Shown here: in pieces, positions 41,158 to 51,323 of the stretch
Layout of the letters: every line of letters starts with the position of its first letter
Numbering within the stretch: the first letter of the stretch is position 1
Assembly (NCBI GenBank): GCA_016192035.1
Contig: JACPUW010000035.1
Location: 52,323 to 116,322, forward strand
Source: Bacteroidota bacterium
Lineage (GTDB): Bacteria; Bacteroidota; Bacteroidia; CAILMK01; JACPUW01
Length of the DNA: 64,000 nt
Direction: 5' to 3'
The notes under the pieces: model-generated
The model's input: only the letters and a program-made list of their open reading frames with translations
What the model was told of the DNA's origin: nothing
Databases searched by the model: none
Made by a program: the position numbers and the translations under genes

Positions 41158-41407
41158 TGCCCCGCTCTATAAAGGCGTCGCGCTTGGGCCTTAGGGTATC
41201 ATAGTCTCCACGGGTCACCCGCGCCTTGCCTTTGTAATGTACCAGCACAGCGGTTTGCTCAGCCTGCTCTGAGCTAAACCTACAGATATCCATGAGGCTC
41301 ACTATTACCCAGTCAAAGGTGTTCACGTCGTCGTTATGCAAAATCAATGTCCTAAGTTCTTTTATGTCAATGTCATCCAAGACCAACTCTTCGGTTTGGT
41401 ATGACAT
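41138..41407 (-). CDS. clpS: ATP-dependent Clp protease adaptor
   Basis: LILHNDDVNTFDWV, VHYKGKA. Confidence 0.9.
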   Translation of the reverse strand: MSYQTEELVLDDIDIKELRTLILHNDDVNTFDWVIVSLMDICRFSSEQAEQTAVLVHYKGKARVTRGDYDTLRPKRDAFIERGIKATID

Positions 41408-41439
41408 TCGGTGGTTTGGGCGGTAGGTATTCACGGTGG

Positions 41440-42063
41440 TCAATTCTTTATGAGCCTGATTTTCGATTCTTCCCCCTTTAAAAGCCGGTCAATGTTTTTT
41501 CGGTGGGTATAGAGTACGATAAGGGGTATGATAATGGAAAACACCTGGATAAGGATGCTGTCTTCGCCAAACAAGAAATTGATTTGAATGGGATACAGGA
41601 TGGCGGCCAGAATAGACCCCAGGGAAACAAACCGGGTAATGGAGACCACCACAATGAATATGCCCAATGAAAGCAGGGCACTCTCCACATGTACGCCGAG
41701 AATAATGCCAAAGAAGGTGGCAATGCCCTTGCCCCCTCTGAATTGGGCAAAAATGGGGAAGATATGGCCTACCACGGCGGCAATGCCAAGCAGCAGCTTG
41801 GCCTCTATGGTGTGTGTGAGCACAAAGCCGTTCTCAAAATAGTTGATATAAACCAAGCGGGTGGCCAACAGGCCCTTGGCTATATCAATGAGCAATACGG
41901 GAATGGCTATGCCAGGCCCCAGGACGCGCAAGGTGTTGGTGGCCCCGGCGTTGCCGCTGCCATGCCGGCGTACGTCAATGCCGGCAAAGAGTTTACCGGC
42001 CCACACGGCTGTGGGCGTGCTGCCTATTGCATATGCTGCCACAAAAGCGAAGAACAATTCCAT
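41440..42063 (-). CDS. plsY: Glycerol-3-phosphate acyltransferase
   Basis: YAIGS, GSGNAGATN, GHIFP, FRGGKGIAT, HRKNI. Confidence 0.95.
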   Translation of the reverse strand: MELFFAFVAAYAIGSTPTAVWAGKLFAGIDVRRHGSGNAGATNTLRVLGPGIAIPVLLIDIAKGLLATRLVYINYFENGFVLTHTIEAKLLLGIAAVVGHIFPIFAQFRGGKGIATFFGIILGVHVESALLSLGIFIVVVSITRFVSLGSILAAILYPIQINFLFGEDSILIQVFSIIIPLIVLYTHRKNIDRLLKGEESKIRLIKN

Positions 42064-42072
42064 ATGGTTAAA

Positions 42073-45000
42073 CTAATTTTTAATGCGCACCGCGTTTTGG
42101 CGTGTACGTGTTATCATGTCGGCGGTGGCCTCACGGTACTGCAACCTACCGGTTACTTCCTTGGGTTTCTTGGCCATGGCCCTTATCACAAATTCATTGT
42201 CAGACGAACCGATAAACATTTCCTCATCAACAAAAGTAAATAGGTACCAATTGTTGTCACTTGATTCCATGTAAATGCTTATGGAATCATTGGCCAAGGT
42301 TTTAAAGAACCCCAGCCGCCCGTTGAGGTATTTGTTCACGTGGTGGTTGGTGAGGTTGGCCAAGCCTATTTGTGCCCTGTTTTGAAAAGACTTAGATGTG
42401 GTATCCCACACCATTTCGGTTTCGCCAAAAAACAATAAGGGGGAATAGTCTTTTATATAGGGTACCTCATTGGTGGCGGTAAGGTCTTCCATCATTTTGG
42501 TCAAATCCTTGTTGTCCAATACTTTTCTGCCTATGGTAGAGCGCAGGTAGCCCTTGTTGTTGTCCAGGTCGGGGTTAAAATAGGCCAGGGTGATCAGGGA
42601 ATCGCTCATCAAGTTGGCGGCCGACACATCAATAGGTATGGAGATGCCCCCGCAAATGTGCATGGTAGCTTGCTTGAGCGATAGGCTATAGGTACACAGG
42701 CTAGAGAGGTTGAAATCAAAGTTTTCCAATTGGTACCCCAAATTGTAGGGGCCATCCATGGCAATGAAATTCTGGTCTATGTTATACTCCCATTTGGCCG
42801 GGCGTATATCGTTGAGGTGGTATCTCGACATCTGGGTGATTACGATGGAGTTGGTGTCGCTATCATAGTATAGGTCGCCTTGGGCGCGGTATATGGCCAG
42901 GTCGTCGGGGGTTTGCTTTACGCCCAAGAGCAGTGGATATAATTTGCGGGTCTTGGAGTTGAGAAACAGGCCAGTATGCAGCTCTTGCCCCAGTGCGTTT
43001 TTGGCATTGCTCACATCAAAGTAGAGGGAGTCAAAAGCCACCAGGCCCTTGAAAACAAATTTCTCGGTTGCCAGGTCTTTGGCCGTGGGGTGTTCCACGT
43101 TTACTTCCCCTTCAAAAGCTATTTCCTTTCGGTTGCTTTCAAAGATCAAATTGCCCGAATAGGAAAAAAAATCACCAAAGTGGAAGCCCATGCTGTCGGG
43201 TATGGTGCCTATGCCCTGGGTGGTTCCCTGGTCGGTGGTGCTTACCTGGTCCATGGCTATCTCCCATAGCTTGCCATTGGGGTCGGTGTACTGGTACATG
43301 CCGCTGGCAGTTAGCCTTTTGCTGCTAAATATATTGACCGCAGCCTTTTTGACCAAGTGGAATTCATTTTCGGCACTGGCCAGTATTTCAGCATTTTCCA
43401 GGGCGGGTATCTCCCCGTTTTCGCCTATGGTTACCGATCCCTCGGGCTTTACCTTGGCATCGCCCACCACAAAATAGGCTATGTCATGCGCCTGCAAGCC
43501 CAGCGTGGTCAGGTCAAGTTCGGCTGACTTGGGCGTAAAGCTCAGTGAGTCGAAAGCGGGGTTGGTTGACACAAAGAAGAAGTCTATCTCATCATTGCCA
43601 GTCCCTTTTTCCAGATAGACCTTTTTGGCCGCCACGTCCCACTTAAACTGAGGAATATTGGTAGAGTAGCTGTTGTGCAGCAGCATGGTATATAGATTCT
43701 CGTCATTGATTTCCCCATAGAGCAGTTGCTTGTCAAAGTCAATGGTAACGCGCACATTGTCATTGTTAAGCAAGGGTTTCTGCATGGTTTCGTCATATAG
43801 GTTGAAACGGGTGGAGTCGGCAGAAAGGTCGCGGTGCTTAAAGTTGTAATATTCAGAGTTTATCAAGCTCTGGCGATAGTTAAATTCCCCTTTGCCATAC
43901 ATCTCGGCTTGGGTAAAAACCAATTGTCCGCGCAAAAATGATTCGGGCTCATACATATTGATAAAAGCCGTGGAATCAATGGCGGCTATGATCATGGTAT
44001 CGCGGTATGGGGTCCAGGTTACTAGGCAATTGCTGGAATTCACCTGTGGAAAGCGCTTGCGCTTGCTGTCGTCCATAGAAAACACGGTCTTGAGCGCCAT
44101 CATGCTATCGGGAAAAAAAATCATGTCATTCGACTGTACCTCAGCCCCATTGTAGGTAAACCTACCGTCGCCTTTAAGGCCCTTGTTGCTTAGGAAAATC
44201 TTCATATGGCAGTGTCCAGTACCACTATACAGTGGATAGCCGGACACGGGTGTTTCAGTGCCAAAACCCAATGAAAAATCAGGTTGAAGGGTTAGCCGGT
44301 AGTCAAAACTGGGCAGGATATTGGCCGAAACAAAAGTGCCGTTCAGGTTGAGCCCCTTCATGGAGAATTTGTCTAAGCTATCCACCACAAAGGGTTTGAG
44401 CTTGAAGTGAAACCGGTCCCTGTCATAGACCCCATTATATATCGATTTGTAGTCATAATACACATAAGCTCCTTGGGTACAGTCAAATATGGGGTAGTTT
44501 GGGCTCAGGAGCCGGCCTGATTTGTTGTCTGGCTTGTCTATCATCAATTTGCCCGTTATGTCTTGGATCACCGTGTTTACCCGCCTAAGTACCCCACCTG
44601 CCTTCTCATCGGGAAAATTGAACATCATGGAGTCAACCTGGTTCATACTGATGAGAAAATCGCGGTAGCTAAATTCAAAGTTTTTCCCGAAATACTCAAA
44701 CCGCCCAGCCTTGAGGTAGCCGTCAAACACCATGTCCCGGTCTTTTCTAAACCGTATGGTTTGTTTGGCTGGGTAGATCTGCACGTTTGACGAGTCGCTC
44801 ATGCGCACCGTTTGCACCCCCCGTACCATCAGCTCATTGGTTGAATGATAGAAACGGGAGTTATTGGTGCCTTTTATCTGTGATTTTATTAGGATAACAT
44901 CGTAATCGGTTTTCCGCAAATAGGCATTAATGTAGGTAAATAGCTTGTCTTGTAGATATACCTCCTTCATCTCCGTATTGTAGATGATAAAACCCTGTGA

Positions 45001-46464
45001 TGCAAGTACCATGAGAAGGGGTTGGATGTTTTCCACGCTGGCAGCGCCAAACCATCCGGCTATTTCCTCTTCGGGGTAATACCGCCTTTGGTAGGTGGTA
45101 AACAGCATGTTGAGCTTAAACAGGGGGTTGTATCCCATATTGGCCTGCAGTTTATCCACGCGTTGCCTGTTGAAGTAATCCCGCGATTCAAATACGGCCA
45201 GGCCGTCGGGGTCGCGGCGGGATGAAATATCAAAATAGCTGCTGTCCACATAGCATTCCAGCATGTCGGCAAACATGTCGAGCTGGTGGTAGGTGTTGGT
45301 AAAAGGAGAGGTAAGGGCCGCGCCCGGGGGAAGGCTTAGCGTGAGGTAGGCCTTGTCTCGCTCAAGCTGAAGGTAAAGCGAAGAATGGTAAATGCTGTCG
45401 TTGTCAATATAAATGGTTAGTCCACAGTTGGATGCGGTAATGTTGGTAGGGGTTATGAAGAAATCCTTAGACCGCAACTGCATGAATTTCCGGCCCTCTC
45501 GCAGTATGGTGAGTTGGGCAGGGGAGTTGCCCACCCCGGCACCTATGATGGTGGCTCCCTGCATGCCAAATCCCCCTTTGTAAATCAGGTAGTCATCCAG
45601 GTCGTCCAAGGTAAACTTTCGTTGGTGCGAACGAAACTGCGGATAGGTGGCTTTCTTGGCATTGCGCCCGTCCAGGTTGTCGGTGAGCTTGCCCGCCATG
45701 GTGCCAGGAAAGGCATCTGAGTTGATAAATTCTACACTGTCAGCGCTATATCCCTGTGCGGTCATGTCTATTTTATAGAATCCCAGTTGGGCATATACGC
45801 TGCCAGGAGCCAGGCCTACCCTTTCCCAATTCACTTCCCCATCATGCCCCCGCCAGGTTTGGGTGGCCAAATTGAACCTGCCGCCAGTATTTTCTATGAG
45901 CAAGGTATCTGTGGTTCCCCTAAGGCTAAGCTGCACGTTTTCAACTTCAATTTTGGGCCTTGCGCTTACTGTTAGGGTGTATCTTGAGTGGTCTATACCC
46001 CATTCCTTTCCTTTTTTCCCTGCCAGCACCTGGTGTTTGTTCAGGCCATATATGGCGTCCATTACTGTCCTCACTTCGGCCTTGCCTTTTCTCAAGCCTA
46101 TGAGGGTATCAACCGTTTGGTTGAAAGCCACAAGGTTTTCTTCATCTATTTCATTGGCATAAAAGGAATTGATGGTGCGCAAATACGCCGTAAAATCGGG
46201 ATGAGGTATGTATCGGGACTTGTACATGGTATTGCAGGCTTTCACCAGGCTAGCCTCTGCCTCATAGCCCAGGCTGCCCCCTTGCCACAGCAGGTCGAAC
46301 TGCTCGAGTTCCATGTCCAAATCATGGTTTTTGGCTGCTTTAAGGAATTGTGTCCAAGCCTCATAGAACTCAGCCGGATCGGTAGGCAGGTTTTTTAGCT
46401 TCTGGGCTTGCGCCCCATGGTAGGCCAAGCCCAAGAGTCCAATAAGTACGGCAATTTTCATCAC
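42073..46464 (-). CDS. Very large (1463 aa) exported beta-rich protein of unknown function
   Basis: Uninterrupted ORF; signal peptide ending AQAQ; no motif recognised. Confidence 0.8.
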   Translation of the reverse strand: MMKIAVLIGLLGLAYHGAQAQKLKNLPTDPAEFYEAWTQFLKAAKNHDLDMELEQFDLLWQGGSLGYEAEASLVKACNTMYKSRYIPHPDFTAYLRTINSFYANEIDEENLVAFNQTVDTLIGLRKGKAEVRTVMDAIYGLNKHQVLAGKKGKEWGIDHSRYTLTVSARPKIEVENVQLSLRGTTDTLLIENTGGRFNLATQTWRGHDGEVNWERVGLAPGSVYAQLGFYKIDMTAQGYSADSVEFINSDAFPGTMAGKLTDNLDGRNAKKATYPQFRSHQRKFTLDDLDDYLIYKGGFGMQGATIIGAGVGNSPAQLTILREGRKFMQLRSKDFFITPTNITASNCGLTIYIDNDSIYHSSLYLQLERDKAYLTLSLPPGAALTSPFTNTYHQLDMFADMLECYVDSSYFDISSRRDPDGLAVFESRDYFNRQRVDKLQANMGYNPLFKLNMLFTTYQRRYYPEEEIAGWFGAASVENIQPLLMVLASQGFIIYNTEMKEVYLQDKLFTYINAYLRKTDYDVILIKSQIKGTNNSRFYHSTNELMVRGVQTVRMSDSSNVQIYPAKQTIRFRKDRDMVFDGYLKAGRFEYFGKNFEFSYRDFLISMNQVDSMMFNFPDEKAGGVLRRVNTVIQDITGKLMIDKPDNKSGRLLSPNYPIFDCTQGAYVYYDYKSIYNGVYDRDRFHFKLKPFVVDSLDKFSMKGLNLNGTFVSANILPSFDYRLTLQPDFSLGFGTETPVSGYPLYSGTGHCHMKIFLSNKGLKGDGRFTYNGAEVQSNDMIFFPDSMMALKTVFSMDDSKRKRFPQVNSSNCLVTWTPYRDTMIIAAIDSTAFINMYEPESFLRGQLVFTQAEMYGKGEFNYRQSLINSEYYNFKHRDLSADSTRFNLYDETMQKPLLNNDNVRVTIDFDKQLLYGEINDENLYTMLLHNSYSTNIPQFKWDVAAKKVYLEKGTGNDEIDFFFVSTNPAFDSLSFTPKSAELDLTTLGLQAHDIAYFVVGDAKVKPEGSVTIGENGEIPALENAEILASAENEFHLVKKAAVNIFSSKRLTASGMYQYTDPNGKLWEIAMDQVSTTDQGTTQGIGTIPDSMGFHFGDFFSYSGNLIFESNRKEIAFEGEVNVEHPTAKDLATEKFVFKGLVAFDSLYFDVSNAKNALGQELHTGLFLNSKTRKLYPLLLGVKQTPDDLAIYRAQGDLYYDSDTNSIVITQMSRYHLNDIRPAKWEYNIDQNFIAMDGPYNLGYQLENFDFNLSSLCTYSLSLKQATMHICGGISIPIDVSAANLMSDSLITLAYFNPDLDNNKGYLRSTIGRKVLDNKDLTKMMEDLTATNEVPYIKDYSPLLFFGETEMVWDTTSKSFQNRAQIGLANLTNHHVNKYLNGRLGFFKTLANDSISIYMESSDNNWYLFTFVDEEMFIGSSDNEFVIRAMAKKPKEVTGRLQYREATADMITRTRQNAVRIKN

Positions 46465-46473
46465 GGGCGAAAG

Positions 46474-47292
46474 TTAGCGTCTGAAGGCCATAGCCAACCA
46501 TTCGTCCTTGGCCTGGGACCAATCCATTGTAAGGCCTGAATCTGCTCCCTGCTTGTCAAAATAGGCCTGATCACTGGCATAGAAACCACTTATGATGAGG
46601 ATACCATCATGGGCCAGTAAGGCGAGGAGCGCGTGCCACCGCTCCAATATGGTATTGCGGCTCACATTGGCCAGCACCATGGCATACCGCCCCTCTTTCA
46701 CCAAGTCAAGGTCGCCCAGGGCCAAGTGTACCTCCTGGCAGCCGTTTACTTGCAGGTTCTCTGCCGCGTTTTCTAGGCTGTTGGGGTCTATGTCTATGCC
46801 CAAGACCTCTGTGGCGCCCATTTTTTTTGCCAATATGGCCAGTACCCCAGTGCCGGTGCCGAAATCGAGTACGCTTTTGCCCGTGGCACCATAGTGAAGC
46901 AATGCGCTTACCATGAGGTAAGTGGTGGGGTGGTGCCCGGTACCAAAAGACATTTTGGGCTGTATCACCAGGTCATAGGTCACCCCTTGCTGGGGAACAG
47001 GGTGGTGTGCCGCCCGTATAAGGCATTCATTGCCAATTGCTACTGCTTGGTAGTCGGCTTCCCAAATCGCATTCCAGTTTTCATTGGCCACCCGCCTGCT
47101 TGTATATTGTATCTTATTCTTGGCCATGAAGTTTTTGACCACTGCGCTTAGGCCCACTTCCGTCCCTGGTGCGTAGGCTTCAATTTCTTGTGGCCGTTCT
47201 TCTATGCACTCAAACCCGTCTTGAAACAAAAAGGCCGAGAGAATGGCCAGGCTTTCGGTGGGGCCTGTAAAGGTGTAACTGGTGTAGAACAT
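46474..47292 (-). CDS. prmA: Ribosomal protein L11 methyltransferase
   Basis: PKMSFGTGHHPTT, VLDFGTGTGVLAI, LAN. Confidence 0.95.
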   Translation of the reverse strand: MFYTSYTFTGPTESLAILSAFLFQDGFECIEERPQEIEAYAPGTEVGLSAVVKNFMAKNKIQYTSRRVANENWNAIWEADYQAVAIGNECLIRAAHHPVPQQGVTYDLVIQPKMSFGTGHHPTTYLMVSALLHYGATGKSVLDFGTGTGVLAILAKKMGATEVLGIDIDPNSLENAAENLQVNGCQEVHLALGDLDLVKEGRYAMVLANVSRNTILERWHALLALLAHDGILIISGFYASDQAYFDKQGADSGLTMDWSQAKDEWLAMAFRR

Positions 47293-47296
47293 GGAT

Positions 47297-48067
47297 TTAG
47301 CTGAGTGCCTGGCTCATGGCCTGTGCTATGGCCCAGAAGTCGCCTGCCTGAAGTGATGCACCGCCTATGAGTGCCCCATCTATATCGCCCATGCTAAAAA
47401 GGGACAGGGCGTTGTTTTGTTTTACACTGCCACCGTAGAGTATAGGGGTCCTTTCGGCCTTGCTGCCCAAGATTTTCTTGAGGTGGCGTCTTATAAAGGC
47501 GTGCATCTCTTGGGCTTGGGCAGGAGTGGCCGTTACCCCGGTGCCTATGGCCCACACGGGTTCGTATGCCACTATCAGGTTGGGCAGTGCCCTGGGGTGC
47601 AGCTTGCCCAGTACTTCATCTAGCTGACGGGTCACTACGTCAAAGTGCTTGTCGGCTTGCCTATCATCCAGCATCTCGCCACAGCAATACACCACCTGTA
47701 GGTCAAAACCCAAAGCGGCCATCACCTTGGCTTGCAGTTCTTGGTGGGTTTCCTTTTGGTATTGGCGCCGCTCCGAATGGCCTATGAGCACGTGGTCGGC
47801 CTGTACATCCACAAGCATGGCGGCGCTTATTTCGCCGGTATAGGCACCCATATTTGCCCAATGACAATTTTGAGCGCCCACATGGAATCCCTCCAGCCCT
47901 TTCCATGACTCAACTAAGCTGTCAATACACAGGTAAGTCGGAAAAATGCAGATTTCGTAGTCTTTGGGAGGGGTTTTGTAAAGCTGTTTCAATTCCTCCC
48001 CAAATTCCCGTGTTTCGGCGGGCGATTTATACATTTTCCAGTTGCCCGCTATAATTTTCCTTCTCAT
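47297..48067 (-). CDS. tpiA: Triosephosphate isomerase
   Basis: AGNWKM, GHSERR, AYEPVWAIGTG, YGGSV, GGASL. Confidence 0.98.
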   Translation of the reverse strand: MRRKIIAGNWKMYKSPAETREFGEELKQLYKTPPKDYEICIFPTYLCIDSLVESWKGLEGFHVGAQNCHWANMGAYTGEISAAMLVDVQADHVLIGHSERRQYQKETHQELQAKVMAALGFDLQVVYCCGEMLDDRQADKHFDVVTRQLDEVLGKLHPRALPNLIVAYEPVWAIGTGVTATPAQAQEMHAFIRRHLKKILGSKAERTPILYGGSVKQNNALSLFSMGDIDGALIGGASLQAGDFWAIAQAMSQALS

Positions 48068-49254
48068 AATGGGTGGCTAAGTGATTGTTGGTGGAGATTT
48101 TTAAGCAGTGCCATCTCTTGTGGGCCCAAGTTTAGTTGTCTTCTTTCCATCACGCGTTGGGCTACTTCCAGGGCTTTGTCTATGCGGTAGTTCACAAACC
48201 CCGATGCGCCGCCCCAACTAAATGATGGAATGAACTTGGGGGGGAAATCGCCGCCAAATATATTGGCCGATACGCCCACAACCGTGCCGGTGTTGAACAT
48301 GGTATTGATGCCTGATTTGGAGTGGTCGCCCATGAACAGGCCACAAAATTGAGTACCGGTGTCCATGTATTGTTGGCTGTGGATGTGATAGATAGATACA
48401 TTGCCGTAGTCATTTTTTAGGTTGCTGGTATTGGTGTCGGCACCCAGGTTGCACCAGTGGCCCAGCACGGAGTTGCCCATAAAACCGTCGTGGCCCTTAT
48501 TGGAATATCCGGTCATGATGGAGTTGCTCACCTCGCCGCCCACCTTGCAGTATGGGCCTATGGTAGTGGCATCGCGCAGCTTAGCCCCCATGTTGACCAC
48601 GGCCCCCTGCCCCAAGGCTACCGGGCCGCGCAGGAGGGCACCGTCCAGCACCTGTGCTTGAGCGCCTATATAAATGGGGCCATCAATTGAATTGAGAGAA
48701 CAATTGATTACCTGTGCTTCAGGTTCTATAAATATCTGATCGCCAATAAGGGTACAGCTTTCGTGTGCCGGCGCGGAAAGCCTGCCTTGGGTGAGCAGTT
48801 CATAGTCTTGGGCTATCTGGCCCTTATTCTCTTGAAAAAGGTGCCACAATTGCCGTACACATGGTATTGGATGCGAATAGTCCCGTGGGTGGAGTTTGGC
48901 TCCTAATTCCGGGCCCCAGCCCTTTGCCATTTCCTTGTCCACCCGGGCGGCTATGGCATGTGGGCCGTGTACCAACACTTGCCCCATGCCAAGGCTTTCT
49001 ACTGCCGATACCAGGGTGGGATTGGGCATGAAAAGCGGGTTGACCAACAAGTTGTCATGGGTTATTTCGGTAGGATAAACCGCTGCCACCGAAGGGTGTG
49101 AGAGATAGGATGCGCGGGTACCCATGCGCATTTCCCATTTCTGGCCCAGGCAGAGTATGCCGCACCGCAGCAGGGCTGTGGGCCGTGTGTGGGTGAGCGG
49201 CAATAGGTTATTGCGCCACGCGGTATCTACAAATAGGAGGTTGGGCTTTGGCAT
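48064..49254 (-). CDS. Bacteroidota GlmU-like sugar nucleotidyltransferase/acetyltransferase
   Basis: LLPLTHTRP..LRCGI; NKGHDGFMG; NLGADTNTSNLKN. Confidence 0.85.
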   Translation of the reverse strand: MPKPNLLFVDTAWRNNLLPLTHTRPTALLRCGILCLGQKWEMRMGTRASYLSHPSVAAVYPTEITHDNLLVNPLFMPNPTLVSAVESLGMGQVLVHGPHAIAARVDKEMAKGWGPELGAKLHPRDYSHPIPCVRQLWHLFQENKGQIAQDYELLTQGRLSAPAHESCTLIGDQIFIEPEAQVINCSLNSIDGPIYIGAQAQVLDGALLRGPVALGQGAVVNMGAKLRDATTIGPYCKVGGEVSNSIMTGYSNKGHDGFMGNSVLGHWCNLGADTNTSNLKNDYGNVSIYHIHSQQYMDTGTQFCGLFMGDHSKSGINTMFNTGTVVGVSANIFGGDFPPKFIPSFSWGGASGFVNYRIDKALEVAQRVMERRQLNLGPQEMALLKNLHQQSLSHPL

Positions 49255-49285
49255 AAAAAAAGAAAGCCCCGAAGTTCGGGGCTTT
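49255..49285 (-). terminator. Intrinsic terminator after rpmE2
   Basis: AAAGCCCCG-aagtt-CGGGGCTTT hairpin followed by a long T-tract on the minus strand. Confidence 0.8.
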
Positions 49286-49316
49286 TGGTCCTTTTATTTC
49301 CCCACTATGGGGAGGT

Positions 49317-49577
49317 TTAACCTTTTTGGTTGACTTTTCTGAACTTTCGGTTGAATTTCTCAATCCTTCCGGCAGAGTCAACCAACATTTTCTTACCGGT
49401 AAAGAAGGGGTGGGAAGTATTGCTGATTTCCAGTTTGTACAAGGGGTATTCGTTTCCATCTTCCCATTTGGTGGTCTCCGATGTATTCACACATGAACGG
49501 GTCATAAACTGATGTCCATTGGTCATGTCTTGAAAAATCACCTCTCGGTAGTTCTTTGGGTGCTTGTCGGCTTTCAT
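49317..49577 (-). CDS. rpmE2: 50S ribosomal protein L31 type B
   Basis: [35 protein letters not shown]; no CxxC. Confidence 0.95.
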   Translation of the reverse strand: MKADKHPKNYREVIFQDMTNGHQFMTRSCVNTSETTKWEDGNEYPLYKLEISNTSHPFFTGKKMLVDSAGRIEKFNRKFRKVNQKG

Positions 49578-49598
49578 GGGCTTTGAAATTTGCGGGTG

Positions 49599-49663
49599 CA
49601 AATATAAGTAGCGCGTTAATAGCACCAATGGTAAGGGTCAATATTTTTTGCCATATACCTTTG
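49599..49663. promoter_or_regulatory. Divergent pair of Bacteroidota -7 elements
   Basis: TATATTTG on the minus strand (49599-49606) toward rpmE2; TACCTTTG on the plus strand (49656-49663) 4 nt before ATG 49668. Confidence 0.55.
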
Positions 49664-49667
49664 TTCA

Positions 49668-50171
49668 ATGTTGTCCAAACAAATCCTTGACAATGAAAAG
49701 GCTGGTGCCATTTTGCGCCGGATGTCAATTGAGATATGGGAAAAGAATTTCAAGGCAGAAAGAATTATCCTGGTGGGCATAGCCGACAAGGGTTTTTCAC
49801 TGGCCAATACACTGGCCGATACCTTGGAACAGGTGGGATGTAGCATTCCCGTGCTGCGATGGAAATTGCAGATGGATAAAGAAAGGCCACTGGATGGCCC
49901 ATTGGAAATTCGGGGTGAGCTGCCTCCTGCACCGGGAGATGCCGTGGTAGTGGTGGATGATGTGCTCTATACCGGCAAAACACTCATGCATGCCATGCTG
50001 CCTTTTGTGCATAGGGGACATGCCACCATACAATTGGCCGTATTGGTTTTCCGCGATTATTTGCGCTACCCCATTAGGCCCGATTTTATTGGTATATCGT
50101 TGGCCAGCACCATTATGGAACACGTGGAAGTGCGGATGGACGCACAATGTACCGAAGCGTACCTTAACTAG
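49668..50171 (+). CDS. PyrR-like phosphoribosyltransferase
   Basis: VVVVDDVLYTGKT PRPP loop; YPIRPDFIG. Confidence 0.85.
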   Translation: MLSKQILDNEKAGAILRRMSIEIWEKNFKAERIILVGIADKGFSLANTLADTLEQVGCSIPVLRWKLQMDKERPLDGPLEIRGELPPAPGDAVVVVDDVLYTGKTLMHAMLPFVHRGHATIQLAVLVFRDYLRYPIRPDFIGISLASTIMEHVEVRMDAQCTEAYLN

Positions 50172-50176
50172 ATACC

Positions 50177-50809
50177 ATGCGTTTTTTCCACGCCCCTATA
50201 GCGGGTACTTGGTTTTTGCCCCATTGCTGGTGGCGTTTGGAGGGGGCTAGCGGCATATTCCTAAGTTTTGATGATGGGCCGCACCCTGAAATTACCCCTT
50301 GGGTACTTGACCAACTGGCCGCTTGGAATGCCAAGGCAACCTTTTTTTGTGTTGGGGCTAATGTAGAGCGTTATCCACTTGTTTATGAGCGTATTATTAG
50401 TGAAGGCCATGCCGTAGGCAACCATACCATGCGGCACCTCAATGCTTGGAACACGCCCCGGGGCCAGTGGCTGGATGGGGTGAAAGAAGCGGCCAAACAC
50501 ATAGACAGTCATTTGGTTCGGCCGCCTTATGGCAAAATAGGCCCGGCCACGGCCTGGATGTTGGCCAAAATGGGGTTTCAATTGGTGATGTGGTCACTGA
50601 TAACCTATGATTTTGACCCAAAGGTGCGGCTAACCGCCATTCAGCGAAAGATTGATACGCTCAGGGGAGGTGACATAGTGGTGATGCACGATCAACCCAA
50701 GGCATGGCCCATGCTGCAAAAATTGTTGCCGTATAGTTTGGAGCGATTGGCAGGTAATGCCTTAATTGCCTTGCCATTTAGGCCATCACCTATTGGCAAT
50801 GGTGAGTAG
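50177..50809 (+). CDS. Polysaccharide deacetylase (NodB/CE4)
   Basis: SFDDGP, GNHTMRH, RPPYG, VVMHD. Confidence 0.92.
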   Translation: MRFFHAPIAGTWFLPHCWWRLEGASGIFLSFDDGPHPEITPWVLDQLAAWNAKATFFCVGANVERYPLVYERIISEGHAVGNHTMRHLNAWNTPRGQWLDGVKEAAKHIDSHLVRPPYGKIGPATAWMLAKMGFQLVMWSLITYDFDPKVRLTAIQRKIDTLRGGDIVVMHDQPKAWPMLQKLLPYSLERLAGNALIALPFRPSPIGNGE

Positions 50810-51280
50810 GTTTCCGTTTTTATACACGGCATAATCCAGTAGGGGATAAAGGGCCGGGCCATCGGCCGGAAAACCGTCCCACAAAAACTTGGAACCGCAG
50901 CAGGGGACATAAGTGCCGTTTTCTGTTTGGCCACACTGCAAGAGCATGCCGGTGGGTTCCACCTCTAGGCGCGCGCATGAGCTGCTTACCTGGTAGCTAC
51001 ATGAGCGGTCATAGCACGAATAGGTATCGTCAAAGTTGTGGTACACCACCACTCCTCGGTTGCCCTGGTTGGGTATATACACATAGCCACCGTATGGGTT
51101 AAGGTCAAGATAGGCGGGGTCATTAAGGTCAATTTGCAGATTGACAAATACATATGGTATATTGCCCTGATCGCCGTTGCCGCCGTCACAGGCCGAAAAG
51201 CCCCATAGGCCAAATAGGGCTAAGCTAAAAAGGCCGTGCCGGAAAACTGTTTTTGAAAAGCCACTGGGTTTAACAATCAT
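50786..51280 (-). CDS. Rieske-fold-like lipoprotein
   Basis: Lipobox FSAC; YDRSCSY and CCGSKF..DG.P..GPA.YPL pattern. Confidence 0.6.
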   Translation of the reverse strand: MIVKPSGFSKTVFRHGLFSLALFGLWGFSACDGGNGDQGNIPYVFVNLQIDLNDPAYLDLNPYGGYVYIPNQGNRGVVVYHNFDDTYSCYDRSCSYQVSSSCARLEVEPTGMLLQCGQTENGTYVPCCGSKFLWDGFPADGPALYPLLDYAVYKNGNLLTIANR

Positions 51281-51323
51281 ATGGTCAAAGAAAGGGAGGG
51301 AGGGCCAAATAAGTTGTCCAAAC

